Virus record (IMG/VR): IMGVR_UViG_3300042940_001100
Coordinates: 58,321-122,320 of that record
Origin: a virus
Strand: one strand, 5' to 3'
DNA length: 64,000 nucleotides
The first letter of the stretch is position 1. Every line of letters starts with the position of its first letter. The notes below the pieces were generated by a model, which saw only the letters and a list, made by a program, of their open reading frames with translations, was not told where the DNA came from and searched no databases. Of this stretch, positions 11,701-21,669 are shown one piece after another. Both the position numbers and the translations under genes were made by a program.

Positions 11701-14700
11701 AGCAAAGAAGAAGCTGTTGACTTAGATGAAGAACAACTTGAGAACAACTTAATAGGTAGAAACTTTGATGCTGGAAATAGCAGCACTGAATCTGAGAAGT
11801 TAGCTAATGAGCTTACTGTTTATATAATTAAGAGTTTACTTAAACAAAATAAAGATGGAAGCTATGTTCTTAATGAACTAGGTTTTCCTGAGCCTATAGA
11901 ATTCAAACCTTTTTGGAGAGTTATGATGGACAAGTGTTCTGGTGAAACCAGTATCATGGGTCTTTATAACAAAATAAAAACTGCAGGTAATACTGTATCT
12001 CCATTATTCAAACAGTTACTTGACAAGATCTTTAAGTTAAAAACAATATTAGATACTGATAATAAAGAAATAACTTTATCAGAAGAACAAAGTATGGCTG
12101 CCTTCATAACAGAAGGTAGTGTTACAGGTGAGATGTGGATGAAACTTGTTCAGTCTTTTAACTTATTCAGAATAGACCTAGTTAATGTAAACATTACACA
12201 AACTGATGAAGGTATAGAAGTTAAGGTTGGTAAGTCAAGTGCTGAGTATCAAAACATTATAAGAAACTGGCAATCTGCATACCAACAAAAAGAAGCTGAT
12301 AGACATACTGCTAAGAACAAAGATAAAGTTAACTATATCAATACTAAGAATGTTGTAGAAGACTACATACAAAAGAAATATAATGATGCCGGTAAACTAT
12401 TTGTAACGGTAGCTAAAGAAGACTATGTACCATTTCTTAATAGTATAGGTATTAATCTTTCTGATACAGAAGAGATTAGAGAGTTTCTTCAACCTAATGA
12501 TGTTAGATATTTAGCTGAGACTATTGTAAAAATAGATGACTATATAAATGATATAGAAAAGAACTATAAAGGTTTACAAAAAGAAGAGAAGCTAAAAGAA
12601 ATCCAAAAGATACTTTCTGCTCCTATAGATCTTTTTAGAACAGGTAAATCATTACCTAACAAAGAACCTATAACAAACAGTGGTGGAACAGTTAACAGTC
12701 TTGCTAATCTAGAAGCTAACTTCTCTGAAGAATATGCTAGTGGTATGAGACTTACACCAGATGGTGAAAAGAAATCTGTGTTTTCTTTAAACAGCACGGA
12801 TACTCAAAAGGTTAGAGCATTACAAAATGCTAAACAAAAAGGTGATCTTTCTAGTGATCATCCTGAGTTTATGCATATGAACTACTTAAACCCAGCTAAC
12901 AATCCTGAGGTTAATGGTTCTGTGTACATGAAGTCAATGTTTGATCCTTCTGGTAAAAGAATTAGTAATAATATCAACATCTTTGACTTATCTGGTTCAC
13001 AGTTTAATGTTGATAGAAAAGATGAATCTTCTACTATAGGTATTACATACTCTAAGATGAATGCTACTGATAAGTTTATATCAGACTTTATCTCAACCTT
13101 AACTGCAGGATTTATGCAAGGTATTTTACCAGGTGATAAGAGTTCTTACTATTCTTTAAAGATTGACAACATTACTACATACACTAATAAGAAAACAAAC
13201 TACTTGTTTGTAGATACTTCTGCATTCTTAAAGAATAAAGATGGTGTAAATGTAGCTGGATATGATGGTATGGATAAAACCATAGAGATATTATATCCTA
13301 AGTTAGAAGGAGAGATCAGAAGGATAGCTATGATCAAAGCTGCTCCTGAGTACTATAAAAACATAAAAGGTTTTGAAAAAGGAGAAGAGTTTACAATCTT
13401 TTCTGAAATGCTAGACTCTAAAGACAATCTTAAAGAAAAGTTAGCATCTGCTGAGTTCTTTAAGAAGTTTGCTGAATCTAATATGAGTCTTATGGACTTT
13501 TTAAATATGTCAGATAATCTAGCTTTAAAAAAGAAGATAGATGCTAACATCAAAACATACTTTGAAAAGCTTGTAAAAGAGTACAACAAAAACTTGTTTG
13601 AAAAAACCTTTGGTAAAACAGCTGTCTTACCTAATTCTATAAACAAAACATTAAGCACTATTATACTTAAAGAACTTACTGCTGATCAAATACAAGCATT
13701 AGGTGATAACTATAACTCTAATATAAAAGATGCAGCAATGATGTCTTATATGGTAAATAACTTTTTACATAAGACAGAAACAACATTGCTTCTACAAGGA
13801 GACGGCTTTCAGTTTGATCATTCTAAAGATCAGGCACCTAAGCGTACTCCAGGATCACAATCTGGTGGTAGAGTATTTGCTGTAGATAAACTTACTCAGC
13901 ATTGGGTAAACACTAAAGTAGGAAGACCTCTTGAGGAAAAACTACTTAAAGAAAATGCTATTAAAAAAGAAAATGGTAGCACTGAAGTAACAAAGTATAA
14001 TGGTATATACAACACGGCTATAATAAAAGAGAGCCAAGTAGGTTCTGTGTACTTTGAAATGTATAGAGATCTTTTCAAGAAGATGTTTAAAGAAAAAGGT
14101 CTTGAAGGTGATGCATTAAATATAGCTCTGTATGGACAAGACACGGATGGTAAAATAGGAACAGGAGCTAGAAAAGCAGATGGTACTTATGATACTTATG
14201 GCGGCAAGATGAATCCATATGCTAAGATTAAGGATGGTGATGGACAAGGTTGGATAACATTTGACTCTTACAGAATACTTAAAAGAGTAGAAGGTCAATG
14301 GAGTAATGCACAAGAAGATGCATACATGAAAATTGTAAGAGGTCAGGTTTTAGGAGCTGATGAATTATCAGATCTATTCCCTGTATACAAGCTTCAGTAT
14401 AATGGTAATTTAGCTACTGAAACTGGTAGATATCCGGTACAAGCTTTCCACAAGTTCTCTTTGTTTCCGCTTATTCCAACTGTTATAAAAAACTACCCTG
14501 CAGAACAAATGCATCTAGCAATGATGCAACAAAATATTGACTATGCATTATTTGAGTCAGGTTCTAAGAGATCTCATATAAAACCTAGTGCTGATGTTAG
14601 TGGAGATGTGATATACAACAATGGTGATACAAGTGATATCCTACCAAAAGATAAAATAAAGTTTACTAAAAATAGTGTATATGTTACATATCTTAAAAAT

Positions 14701-17700
14701 CAGACTGATGTAAACAGCACATTCAAAGAATTTTCTACATTTTCTACCCAGTTAAGAAAGTTATTACCTGGGGGATTATACAAGAATGGTTTACCTATAG
14801 ACTATAAAGGAACTAAAGCTCAATGGGATAAACTAACTGATGCACAAAAAAGAAAAGAAAGTGAGTTTCATGATCTTGTAACAAACTTTAAAGATAGTTT
14901 AGATAGACTTGTATATCATGAGTATAAAAATCTATTAGATGATTTAAACTGGACAGAAGAAGATGTTGAAAAAGCAGTAGCTAGTCCGGAAGCTATGGAA
15001 AAAATGATTACTTTCTTAATAAAAGAACTTAAAGAACAAGGCTTTAGTGATCATGAGATATCTATTCTACAAACGGATACTAACTATAACACTATAGACT
15101 TTAGTATAAGCCCTCTTGCAGCAAGATTTGAAAAACTTATAATGTCTGTTATAAACAACCGACTTATAAGACTTAAACTTAGAGGTGAGCCTTTAGTTGA
15201 GGTATCCTCAGCTTTAATGCAAAACCCTAAGTTTAGAAATGCTACAAGAGAAGAACAAAAAAAGTATAATTACTTTAGTACTAACGGTTTACCTTCTTAT
15301 ATAGTAGATCTAGCCGGCAAGAAAAACAATATAGGTTTTGGATTTAAAAGAGCTCTTAGAGAGATGGATCAAAATCTTTTCCAAACTATTTACTATGTTA
15401 AAAATGAAAAAGGTCAATATGTACCAGCTCTAGATAAGAACAAAAACAAAATTAAAATTGCTGTATACAAAACTACTAAAGATGAAAATGGTAAAGAAAC
15501 TAAGTCTTTAGATATTGAAGCTAGTCTTGACAGACTTAATGAGATGTTATTGGTAAAAGAGTGGAAGCTTGATGATGAAAACTTTAAAAAGCTAAGACTA
15601 ACAGGTGTTAGGATTCCTGTACAGGGAGACAACTCTATGGAGTTTGGTGAAGTAGTTGAGTTTTTAAGTCCCGATGCTGGTCCTATTATCATTATCCCAG
15701 CTGAGCTTGTTGCCAAGTCTGGTACTGACTTTGACGTAGATAAGATGACTACTTACTTACCATACATAACCCGTACTGGTAAGTTATTAAAAGATAACAT
15801 GTCAGAAGAAGCTTTAGAGAAAAAGATAGAAACTTTAAAAGAAAAGCTTAATAAGTATAAAAAGACTAAAGAAGCTATTGAGTTATTCAAGACTGAGAAG
15901 TCTGCTAAGTGGATGGATATAGGTCCTTCTTTTAACAAGTTTAGAAAAGCTATATTCAAAGATGTTAAAACCATGACTAATACTTTAAGTGAAGAACAAC
16001 TTAAAGCTTTAACAGGTAAAAATAGAGATATCATAAAAACTCTAGAACAACCTGGCATGGATGCTGTATTAAAGAATTTTAAAAGAGCATATAAGATCTA
16101 TAACAGTGAAATAAAAGGAGCTACTCTTGAAGATATTAAAAATGTTGAAGAAGGTTTAGCTAACATGTATGAACAAAAAAGTGAGCTAGCCGGTGTTTAT
16201 GATGAACTAAGCGATGCTCAAGAACACAAGAACAACTATATATCAGCTATTCAAAATAGATTAATAGAAGATATTGTAAACATACTTCAGTTACCTGCAA
16301 AGGCTGCATCATTACTTTCTCCTAATGATACTAATATAATTAAGCCAATTGCTGATAATATGAAAGAGTATATCCAAGAAGCTGATGATGAAACAGATTA
16401 TAGTAAGTCTTTAATTACAGGTAAGAAAGTAGCTAAAGGTGTTGTACCAGGTGTTATCTTTAGAGAGGATTATAACAATAAAAAACATCAAGAGTTTACT
16501 GTTAGTAAAGACTCCTTAGGTATTGCTGCTGTAGATAATCCTATTAATATTCTACTTAACCAAGCTGGTGCTAAGATGAATAAATCTATGGCCAGTACTG
16601 GTTATACTTGGAGTAAAAAACAAGCTAATTATGTTAAATCAAAGGATATGTTTATACCTATAGATTTAAACCTTAAGCATAACAAACTTGATGGTGCCAT
16701 ATCACTATCGCATATAATAGATACTAATGACAAACATGACATAGCTGAGGTTATAAATCAGTTAATGAATGGTTTGGTAGATGCTGGTAATGATCCTTTT
16801 GTAGCTTACTTACAGGGTAATACAGATGTAGTACCTAAGGTTTTATTCATGCTAGAAGCAGGTGTCCCTTTTGAGCATATTGCTGCTTTTGTAAATAATC
16901 CAATATCAAGAGCTTATGTAGCTGAAAAGAACAAACAGAAATCTGTTTTTTCAAAGCTTATCTATGGTTACCAACACATACCAGGTGATTCTAAAAAAGC
17001 TGTAAGAACAGAGATGTTACAAAAGATAGGTCTTAACTTTAACTTTTCACCTAGTACTTTTGCTAACTTAGTTAGTATAGAGATAAATTCTGGTAATGTA
17101 ATTGATACAGGTAACATACACGGTTTCTATAATGGTCTACAAGAACTATATGAGCCTGAGTACTTTACAGAAGGAAACTTAAATGCTATAGCTAAACAAG
17201 ATGTTGACTTATCTAATAAAGAACAAGTTGCTGGTTTCTTACAGTACTTATACATAGAAGATCTTATTAAGGACTATGATGACATGAAGAAGGCCTTCAA
17301 CCCGGATACTAACAAAGTAAGTGATTTATTCTCTAGTCAAGCTAAGATTGAAGAAGTAAATGCTGTTGCTGAGTCAAGATCTCTTGATTATGGTATTTTT
17401 GACTTTATAAGATATAAAAGTATTATTTCTCCTTTCTTTATACAGGAGCTTGCTAGAAAGTTGTTTAGTAGATTGTTTAAACTAAGAGATAGTAAAATAG
17501 TAAATGATTTTCTTCTTGATCAGACAAAGAACTACACTAAAATGACTGATATCAAAAAGACTACAGGCTATGATACTGAAACTTATGTTATAAAGTTTAA
17601 GAACTTTTTAGCACAATATATTTTTGCTAATGAGTTAAGACAATATGATCCTAAAAGCAAAACATACAAGGGTAGACAAATATCACAAGCTTTCTTAGAT

Positions 17701-20700
17701 CAAGCTAATAAAGACTTTGATGAAGAAAATTACTCTATCTATAGTAAAAGTCTTGACTCTTATAAAAGTCGTGGTCTAGCTCCTATAAACCCTGCAGCTT
17801 TTCAGTTTAGCAGAGGCTCACAAGATGGTGAAGCATATTTAAAATCTGTAGCTAAAATAAGACAAGACTTTATTGAGTTCACTCTTGAGAGAGAATACTT
17901 AAGAAGAACTGTTCCTATGGCTAGCCTTTTAAATACTAAAGAATTTGAGCTTAGAAGAACAAGACTTATTGAGACAGATCAAAGAGTATATCAACAAACA
18001 AGTACTGAATCACAAGAAGAGTATGATGAGAGATTAAACAAGATGACTTATGAAGATTATCTTGCTAACCAAGCTCTTAAAAATACTTATAATATCTGGC
18101 AGTTATTTAGATCTGGTGATAATACAATAGCTAGAGAGCTTATGGATATTATCCAAAACTATAAAGAAATAGGTGATAATACTAACTACTCTATACTACA
18201 ACAGTTTGCCCCACAAGGTATTTCCAATAGAAGTGATTTAGCCGGTATAAGTAACTTTCAACTTAAGAACTATTCTAACTTAGATGGGGGTCTTATAAAT
18301 GACTACTTTAATCAATGGACAAACTTAGCTAATCCTGGTAAGTTTAAGATACTAGGAGAGAATACACAAGCAACAAAAGCTAATGCTTATGTAAGTAACT
18401 TTTTTGCAAAGCTTCCTATCTATGCTTTCTTACAATCAGGTATGGACTCAAGCCAATTCTCTTTATCATCTGTTATGCCTTATGATAAATACAAAGAGAT
18501 AATGGAAAGAGCATCCGGTAACTTCTTAAGTAGATTAGATAAAGAAGATGCTAAGAAGATCTTGGGTGGTATAAATGAACTATTTATTATAGAGAATTCA
18601 GTTAACAGAAGTAAGAAACCACTAAGAAACAGAGGTTTATTAGTAAAACAACCTACCCTTAACTTGCCTGTAGCTAATACTAACTTATATGAGCAACCAT
18701 TCTTAAAAGAAGTTGAGCAAGATATATTTGAGATGGATACCTTTACTATGAATGGTAGAACTGTTACTATAGATGCTAATGATCCTATAGTAAACTTACT
18801 AAGAAATGGTAATAAAGATACCATATTCTTAATGAGTCCTTCTGACTTGTTTAAGTTTCAAAATACATACTTAACAGCTGATGAAGTAGATCAGGCTATA
18901 CTTGACTATCATGTAGCTACAGATAGACTTAAAGCTACAGGTAAAAAGATTGTAGTAAATGTAAACAACTTTGGTGGCAAAAAAGTAGCTAAGGTTGAAC
19001 CATCTACAGCAAACATCCCGGGTGTTGAAACTACAAAAGTGATTGCTAACCCTAAGATAATATCTGATGGTGATCTAGCAGCTTTCAAAATGGAGGTAGA
19101 TAAAAACAAAGGCACCTTACCTAAAACATTCTTTACTAATAATAACATGACTAAGTGGTTGCTTAATAGCAAGAACTTATATGACTTAGTAGATAAAGTA
19201 ACCGGTGAGATATATCTTAGAGATGTAAACCTTGAGACAGGTATATCTGAAGCTCCTCTTCCTGCTATAAAAACAGCACCTGCTCTACCTACTACTACTA
19301 CTCAGCCAGTTAATAGATTATCAGGACAAATGACAATGTCTTATGGTAAAAATAAGAGATCTGATGTTACAAGTAACACAACCTTTGATGCAATAATTAA
19401 AGGTGAAAGAACAGCTACTACAAGATATAGTAATAAAAAAGCTTTTGACTATTGGAAAAGTGCTAAGGTTGGTGATATAATAACTTGGGAATCTGCTGAT
19501 GGTAGAACAGTTGATGTTGTTGTTACAAAAGCTCTTCATCCATTGAAAGGTTCAGATAAAAATCCTGAGTCTTGGTCTAAGTTAGAAGGTTGGTCTGTAG
19601 ATTACTTTGAAAATAAAGTAAGACCAGAACTTGATAATGCATGGCAAATAGAGTTTAAACTAGCTGAACCTACACAAAACATTCAACCACAAGTTTCTAC
19701 AGATAAAACAAGACCGGTGTTTGATTCACTTCCTGGAAAATCTGCTACACCTACTATGACTTATGCTGGTATAGGATCTAGAGAAACTCCAAAAGAAGTT
19801 CTTGATCTGATGACTAAAGCTGCTAACTATCTTGATGGTTTAGGCTACACTTTACAAACAGGCTTTACTTTTAAAAATAAAGAAACAAGTTTAGATGAAG
19901 AAGGTGCAGATAAAGCTTTCTCAGATGGAAGTAAAAACAAAACTTTGTTTGGTCCTTATGGTATAAGAAAAACTATTAATGGTGTTACATCTGTTGATAA
20001 GTATAATGAAAATGTTACTGAAAAGTCCAACAGTATAGTTAAAGAAATACACCCTGCACCAGATAGATTAACACCAGGAGCAGTAAAGCTTATGGCTAGA
20101 AATACTAACCAAATCTTTGGTAAAAATCTTGATAGTACAGTAGACTTTGTATTATTCTATGCTCAAGAAACAAAAGATCCTTTAAGACCAAAAGGTGGTA
20201 CAGGGCAAGCTGTTGAAATGGCAAGAAGAAAAGGTATACCTACTATTAACATGGCAGATGCTAATTGGAGAGAACAATTAAAAGCAGCTATTGCTAATAA
20301 GTCTTCTGCTCAACCTATCACTCAACCAGCTGCTGTAGAAAAGACTCCTCAACCAGGTGATGTAGTATCTTATAATGAAAAGCCATATTTATTATGGAAT
20401 ATTAATGCTGCTGGAAAAGCACAACTTACTGATCCTGATGGTACCAAGTTTACAGGAACTCCTAACATAGACAAATTAGGTTATATAAAAACTTTACCTA
20501 AAGTAGAGTTTAACAATAAGATGTTTGTTGTAGATAGTAAGAATAAAATATTCTCATTATCTACTGGTAATGAGGTATACAAAAAAGCTGCTGAGAGATC
20601 TCAGATTCTTGATAAACTTAAGAGTTCTACTACTCAACCATCTACTGGTGTTGAAGTTAAGGAAGTTATACCTCAATATGGTGTAGTACAAGCTTCAACA

Positions 20701-21669
20701 AATCCTACTAAAGAGTTTGATAACAAATTAGTAAATGCAATATCAGACAACATTAAGAAAAATGCTTATGTTGAAAATGGTAGTAACACAGCTAATCTTA
20801 TGTTTAGTTATGGATGGCAATGGAAAGGTAATAATACCAAAAATGTTACAGGAGAAAAATTAAAAGTTCAACCAGCTCAAGTAGATTTTAATGCTACTGG
20901 TAAATTACAACCTATTAAACCTTATTATTTTTATGACTCTAAATATAATGATGGCACACCAGTACCAAACATTAAAGAATTAGATTTCTTAAAAAGACAT
21001 ATAGAAAAAACATTAGGTATTGATATGTCTAACTATGACATTGCTTTAAATAATATATATACTAAGGGTACAAAATTATATAGACATACTGATATTGATG
21101 AATCTAATACTGCTAAAGGTTATCCAGTTGTAGTATATGTATTAGGTAATGAACATAAAGTAAGAGTTGATGATAACGGAGGTAAAGCAGTAAGAGGAGC
21201 CGGTCAAATGGTAAATCCTAAAACACTTACATTACGTAATGGTGATATTTATACATTTGGTATGGATGGTAAAGGTAGATTTGAAGCAGTACATGATGTT
21301 ATTGAAGCACCAAAAACTGATTCAAGTTTTCCTCCAATTACATTACCTGATGGTACAGTTACTAGTAACTACACTGTAACTTTTACATTCAGAAGAGCCG
21401 CTGATTTAGAGCCCGAAATGCCAACTGCACCAGCTAAACTTACTACACAACCAGCTGTTCAACCTACTACTACAGATGTAGAGCCAGATATTGTAAACAA
21501 AAAGCAAGAACTACTTAAAAAGATAAATAAGGCTGTTAGACAAACAAACTTAACTGAGCTATTAGCTGAAAAAGGTTATGATGTAAAAGATATTATTAGT
21601 AACTTGGAGGCTGTTAAAACACAAGAAGACTTAAATAAAATAAACAAAATACTAGATAAGTTATGCTAA
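8746..21669 (+). CDS. Virion-packaged RNA polymerase polyprotein of crAss-like type (4307 aa)
   Basis: Catalytic DxDxD motif GTDFDVDKM (15721-15747) preceded by RIP.QG; upstream DGDGQGW motif; zincin HEAWH...EEFIAEEF (10825 onward); C-terminal accessory domains. Confidence 0.9.
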   Translation: MVCDLSKNNLKEKLESYVNALLVKSYTNDPTFDYKKIVDTIYKDVLGKSNDENLALGMAYHVPQMIFDLVTDNKKQLGLKNLITKGYDVGVLSAEIDKLATSIDKLGAVAILLGKPIKSLDEIETFVANQPTDQATMLLSVPGTSLTVDTLVLASNAGFFATSQSGAEIDKKTNLPFASKSNEDAAFYQGVLSGIMAAKRPDDNDFSKVTFGNHTGFAGRLMFERSIPGKIRLDRESQLAYEILSFVLTDSKTGEILYFKPDNTIGDIDNGRPIYLLLKTTNPKNKDFEKHKAAIKASMMSMLDRTNMTAEQIENAKKEADKVISNQLEQIEAAKRKIRFGEPVPVDITGGFKGATQNVDNIVGEETRKKLTFPLSEFDVNDKAKQSIVFTVENVSGQPENLPAIQFPNVDNLISLKNPNKIGEKAEDADILNNIVDILTQDLKVGDKAVPDIDKVDNVGQYIQLKAKNYTIGTTLVNGDQKLEINLGGNVLDLSDKEAARRVLKDFLGKNATIHFHKKSYDKNSYTAFKLTPDNGAFNVSKSDEDYYKFISPRLYPRLVRDERTKLPMVLNGYFRFQPVVTAKEVADKVEEVTKEVVKEEVPVTKKQAEEDYDELLRSRLLDSIVTPEEDAEAKAWWEESALSKATYKDENGVVKPLFTLNPLRNAVNSEAWASFRDSVITLYEGANYSHVYHEAWHAFSQTYLTYSERTKFYKAVSKLPGSFKVAKATGQGNIELVDVEFSKAERKELEEFIAEEFRTYALNKGKFKTENEKTNIFKWIFDRIWKALKALVGGSTAINIYSNPGSEGVLGEIFNTLYTAKSQEQLLPYASNIKNGEFGLLNSGVVNKEHPEDVLSLSESLLVSKTIDGIISKATTEKVQSGSLSAASLIFRSPKELKKVYEKALTELSDKREEFLKQLKALPADKVVEKAVLDNKISVLTRATKPYMYGNITQILEGTNVTDSIIAFHRQNSEFKDMFVKFKISKEEAVDLDEEQLENNLIGRNFDAGNSSTESEKLANELTVYIIKSLLKQNKDGSYVLNELGFPEPIEFKPFWRVMMDKCSGETSIMGLYNKIKTAGNTVSPLFKQLLDKIFKLKTILDTDNKEITLSEEQSMAAFITEGSVTGEMWMKLVQSFNLFRIDLVNVNITQTDEGIEVKVGKSSAEYQNIIRNWQSAYQQKEADRHTAKNKDKVNYINTKNVVEDYIQKKYNDAGKLFVTVAKEDYVPFLNSIGINLSDTEEIREFLQPNDVRYLAETIVKIDDYINDIEKNYKGLQKEEKLKEIQKILSAPIDLFRTGKSLPNKEPITNSGGTVNSLANLEANFSEEYASGMRLTPDGEKKSVFSLNSTDTQKVRALQNAKQKGDLSSDHPEFMHMNYLNPANNPEVNGSVYMKSMFDPSGKRISNNINIFDLSGSQFNVDRKDESSTIGITYSKMNATDKFISDFISTLTAGFMQGILPGDKSSYYSLKIDNITTYTNKKTNYLFVDTSAFLKNKDGVNVAGYDGMDKTIEILYPKLEGEIRRIAMIKAAPEYYKNIKGFEKGEEFTIFSEMLDSKDNLKEKLASAEFFKKFAESNMSLMDFLNMSDNLALKKKIDANIKTYFEKLVKEYNKNLFEKTFGKTAVLPNSINKTLSTIILKELTADQIQALGDNYNSNIKDAAMMSYMVNNFLHKTETTLLLQGDGFQFDHSKDQAPKRTPGSQSGGRVFAVDKLTQHWVNTKVGRPLEEKLLKENAIKKENGSTEVTKYNGIYNTAIIKESQVGSVYFEMYRDLFKKMFKEKGLEGDALNIALYGQDTDGKIGTGARKADGTYDTYGGKMNPYAKIKDGDGQGWITFDSYRILKRVEGQWSNAQEDAYMKIVRGQVLGADELSDLFPVYKLQYNGNLATETGRYPVQAFHKFSLFPLIPTVIKNYPAEQMHLAMMQQNIDYALFESGSKRSHIKPSADVSGDVIYNNGDTSDILPKDKIKFTKNSVYVTYLKNQTDVNSTFKEFSTFSTQLRKLLPGGLYKNGLPIDYKGTKAQWDKLTDAQKRKESEFHDLVTNFKDSLDRLVYHEYKNLLDDLNWTEEDVEKAVASPEAMEKMITFLIKELKEQGFSDHEISILQTDTNYNTIDFSISPLAARFEKLIMSVINNRLIRLKLRGEPLVEVSSALMQNPKFRNATREEQKKYNYFSTNGLPSYIVDLAGKKNNIGFGFKRALREMDQNLFQTIYYVKNEKGQYVPALDKNKNKIKIAVYKTTKDENGKETKSLDIEASLDRLNEMLLVKEWKLDDENFKKLRLTGVRIPVQGDNSMEFGEVVEFLSPDAGPIIIIPAELVAKSGTDFDVDKMTTYLPYITRTGKLLKDNMSEEALEKKIETLKEKLNKYKKTKEAIELFKTEKSAKWMDIGPSFNKFRKAIFKDVKTMTNTLSEEQLKALTGKNRDIIKTLEQPGMDAVLKNFKRAYKIYNSEIKGATLEDIKNVEEGLANMYEQKSELAGVYDELSDAQEHKNNYISAIQNRLIEDIVNILQLPAKAASLLSPNDTNIIKPIADNMKEYIQEADDETDYSKSLITGKKVAKGVVPGVIFREDYNNKKHQEFTVSKDSLGIAAVDNPINILLNQAGAKMNKSMASTGYTWSKKQANYVKSKDMFIPIDLNLKHNKLDGAISLSHIIDTNDKHDIAEVINQLMNGLVDAGNDPFVAYLQGNTDVVPKVLFMLEAGVPFEHIAAFVNNPISRAYVAEKNKQKSVFSKLIYGYQHIPGDSKKAVRTEMLQKIGLNFNFSPSTFANLVSIEINSGNVIDTGNIHGFYNGLQELYEPEYFTEGNLNAIAKQDVDLSNKEQVAGFLQYLYIEDLIKDYDDMKKAFNPDTNKVSDLFSSQAKIEEVNAVAESRSLDYGIFDFIRYKSIISPFFIQELARKLFSRLFKLRDSKIVNDFLLDQTKNYTKMTDIKKTTGYDTETYVIKFKNFLAQYIFANELRQYDPKSKTYKGRQISQAFLDQANKDFDEENYSIYSKSLDSYKSRGLAPINPAAFQFSRGSQDGEAYLKSVAKIRQDFIEFTLEREYLRRTVPMASLLNTKEFELRRTRLIETDQRVYQQTSTESQEEYDERLNKMTYEDYLANQALKNTYNIWQLFRSGDNTIARELMDIIQNYKEIGDNTNYSILQQFAPQGISNRSDLAGISNFQLKNYSNLDGGLINDYFNQWTNLANPGKFKILGENTQATKANAYVSNFFAKLPIYAFLQSGMDSSQFSLSSVMPYDKYKEIMERASGNFLSRLDKEDAKKILGGINELFIIENSVNRSKKPLRNRGLLVKQPTLNLPVANTNLYEQPFLKEVEQDIFEMDTFTMNGRTVTIDANDPIVNLLRNGNKDTIFLMSPSDLFKFQNTYLTADEVDQAILDYHVATDRLKATGKKIVVNVNNFGGKKVAKVEPSTANIPGVETTKVIANPKIISDGDLAAFKMEVDKNKGTLPKTFFTNNNMTKWLLNSKNLYDLVDKVTGEIYLRDVNLETGISEAPLPAIKTAPALPTTTTQPVNRLSGQMTMSYGKNKRSDVTSNTTFDAIIKGERTATTRYSNKKAFDYWKSAKVGDIITWESADGRTVDVVVTKALHPLKGSDKNPESWSKLEGWSVDYFENKVRPELDNAWQIEFKLAEPTQNIQPQVSTDKTRPVFDSLPGKSATPTMTYAGIGSRETPKEVLDLMTKAANYLDGLGYTLQTGFTFKNKETSLDEEGADKAFSDGSKNKTLFGPYGIRKTINGVTSVDKYNENVTEKSNSIVKEIHPAPDRLTPGAVKLMARNTNQIFGKNLDSTVDFVLFYAQETKDPLRPKGGTGQAVEMARRKGIPTINMADANWREQLKAAIANKSSAQPITQPAAVEKTPQPGDVVSYNEKPYLLWNINAAGKAQLTDPDGTKFTGTPNIDKLGYIKTLPKVEFNNKMFVVDSKNKIFSLSTGNEVYKKAAERSQILDKLKSSTTQPSTGVEVKEVIPQYGVVQASTNPTKEFDNKLVNAISDNIKKNAYVENGSNTANLMFSYGWQWKGNNTKNVTGEKLKVQPAQVDFNATGKLQPIKPYYFYDSKYNDGTPVPNIKELDFLKRHIEKTLGIDMSNYDIALNNIYTKGTKLYRHTDIDESNTAKGYPVVVYVLGNEHKVRVDDNGGKAVRGAGQMVNPKTLTLRNGDIYTFGMDGKGRFEAVHDVIEAPKTDSSFPPITLPDGTVTSNYTVTFTFRRAADLEPEMPTAPAKLTTQPAVQPTTTDVEPDIVNKKQELLKKINKAVRQTNLTELLAEKGYDVKDIISNLEAVKTQEDLNKINKILDKLC
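19320..19665 (+). other. ASCH/PUA-like domain within the vRNAP protein
   Basis: TFDAIIKGERTATTR...KVGDIITW matches the ASCH signature (I..G.KT.T.R...GD). Confidence 0.7.
19755..20300 (+). other. SLOG (DprA/Smf/YspA-like) domain within the vRNAP protein
   Basis: YAGIGSRETP...GAD...LMARN..QIFG...VDFVL...GGTGQAVEMA...IP.IN. Confidence 0.8.
20700..21405 (+). other. AlkB-like 2OG-Fe(II) dioxygenase domain within the vRNAP protein
   Basis: N.Y...LYRHTDIDE (HxD at 21085), L.NGDIY.F, AVHDV (distal His) and TFTFRR (2OG-binding Arg). Confidence 0.75.
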
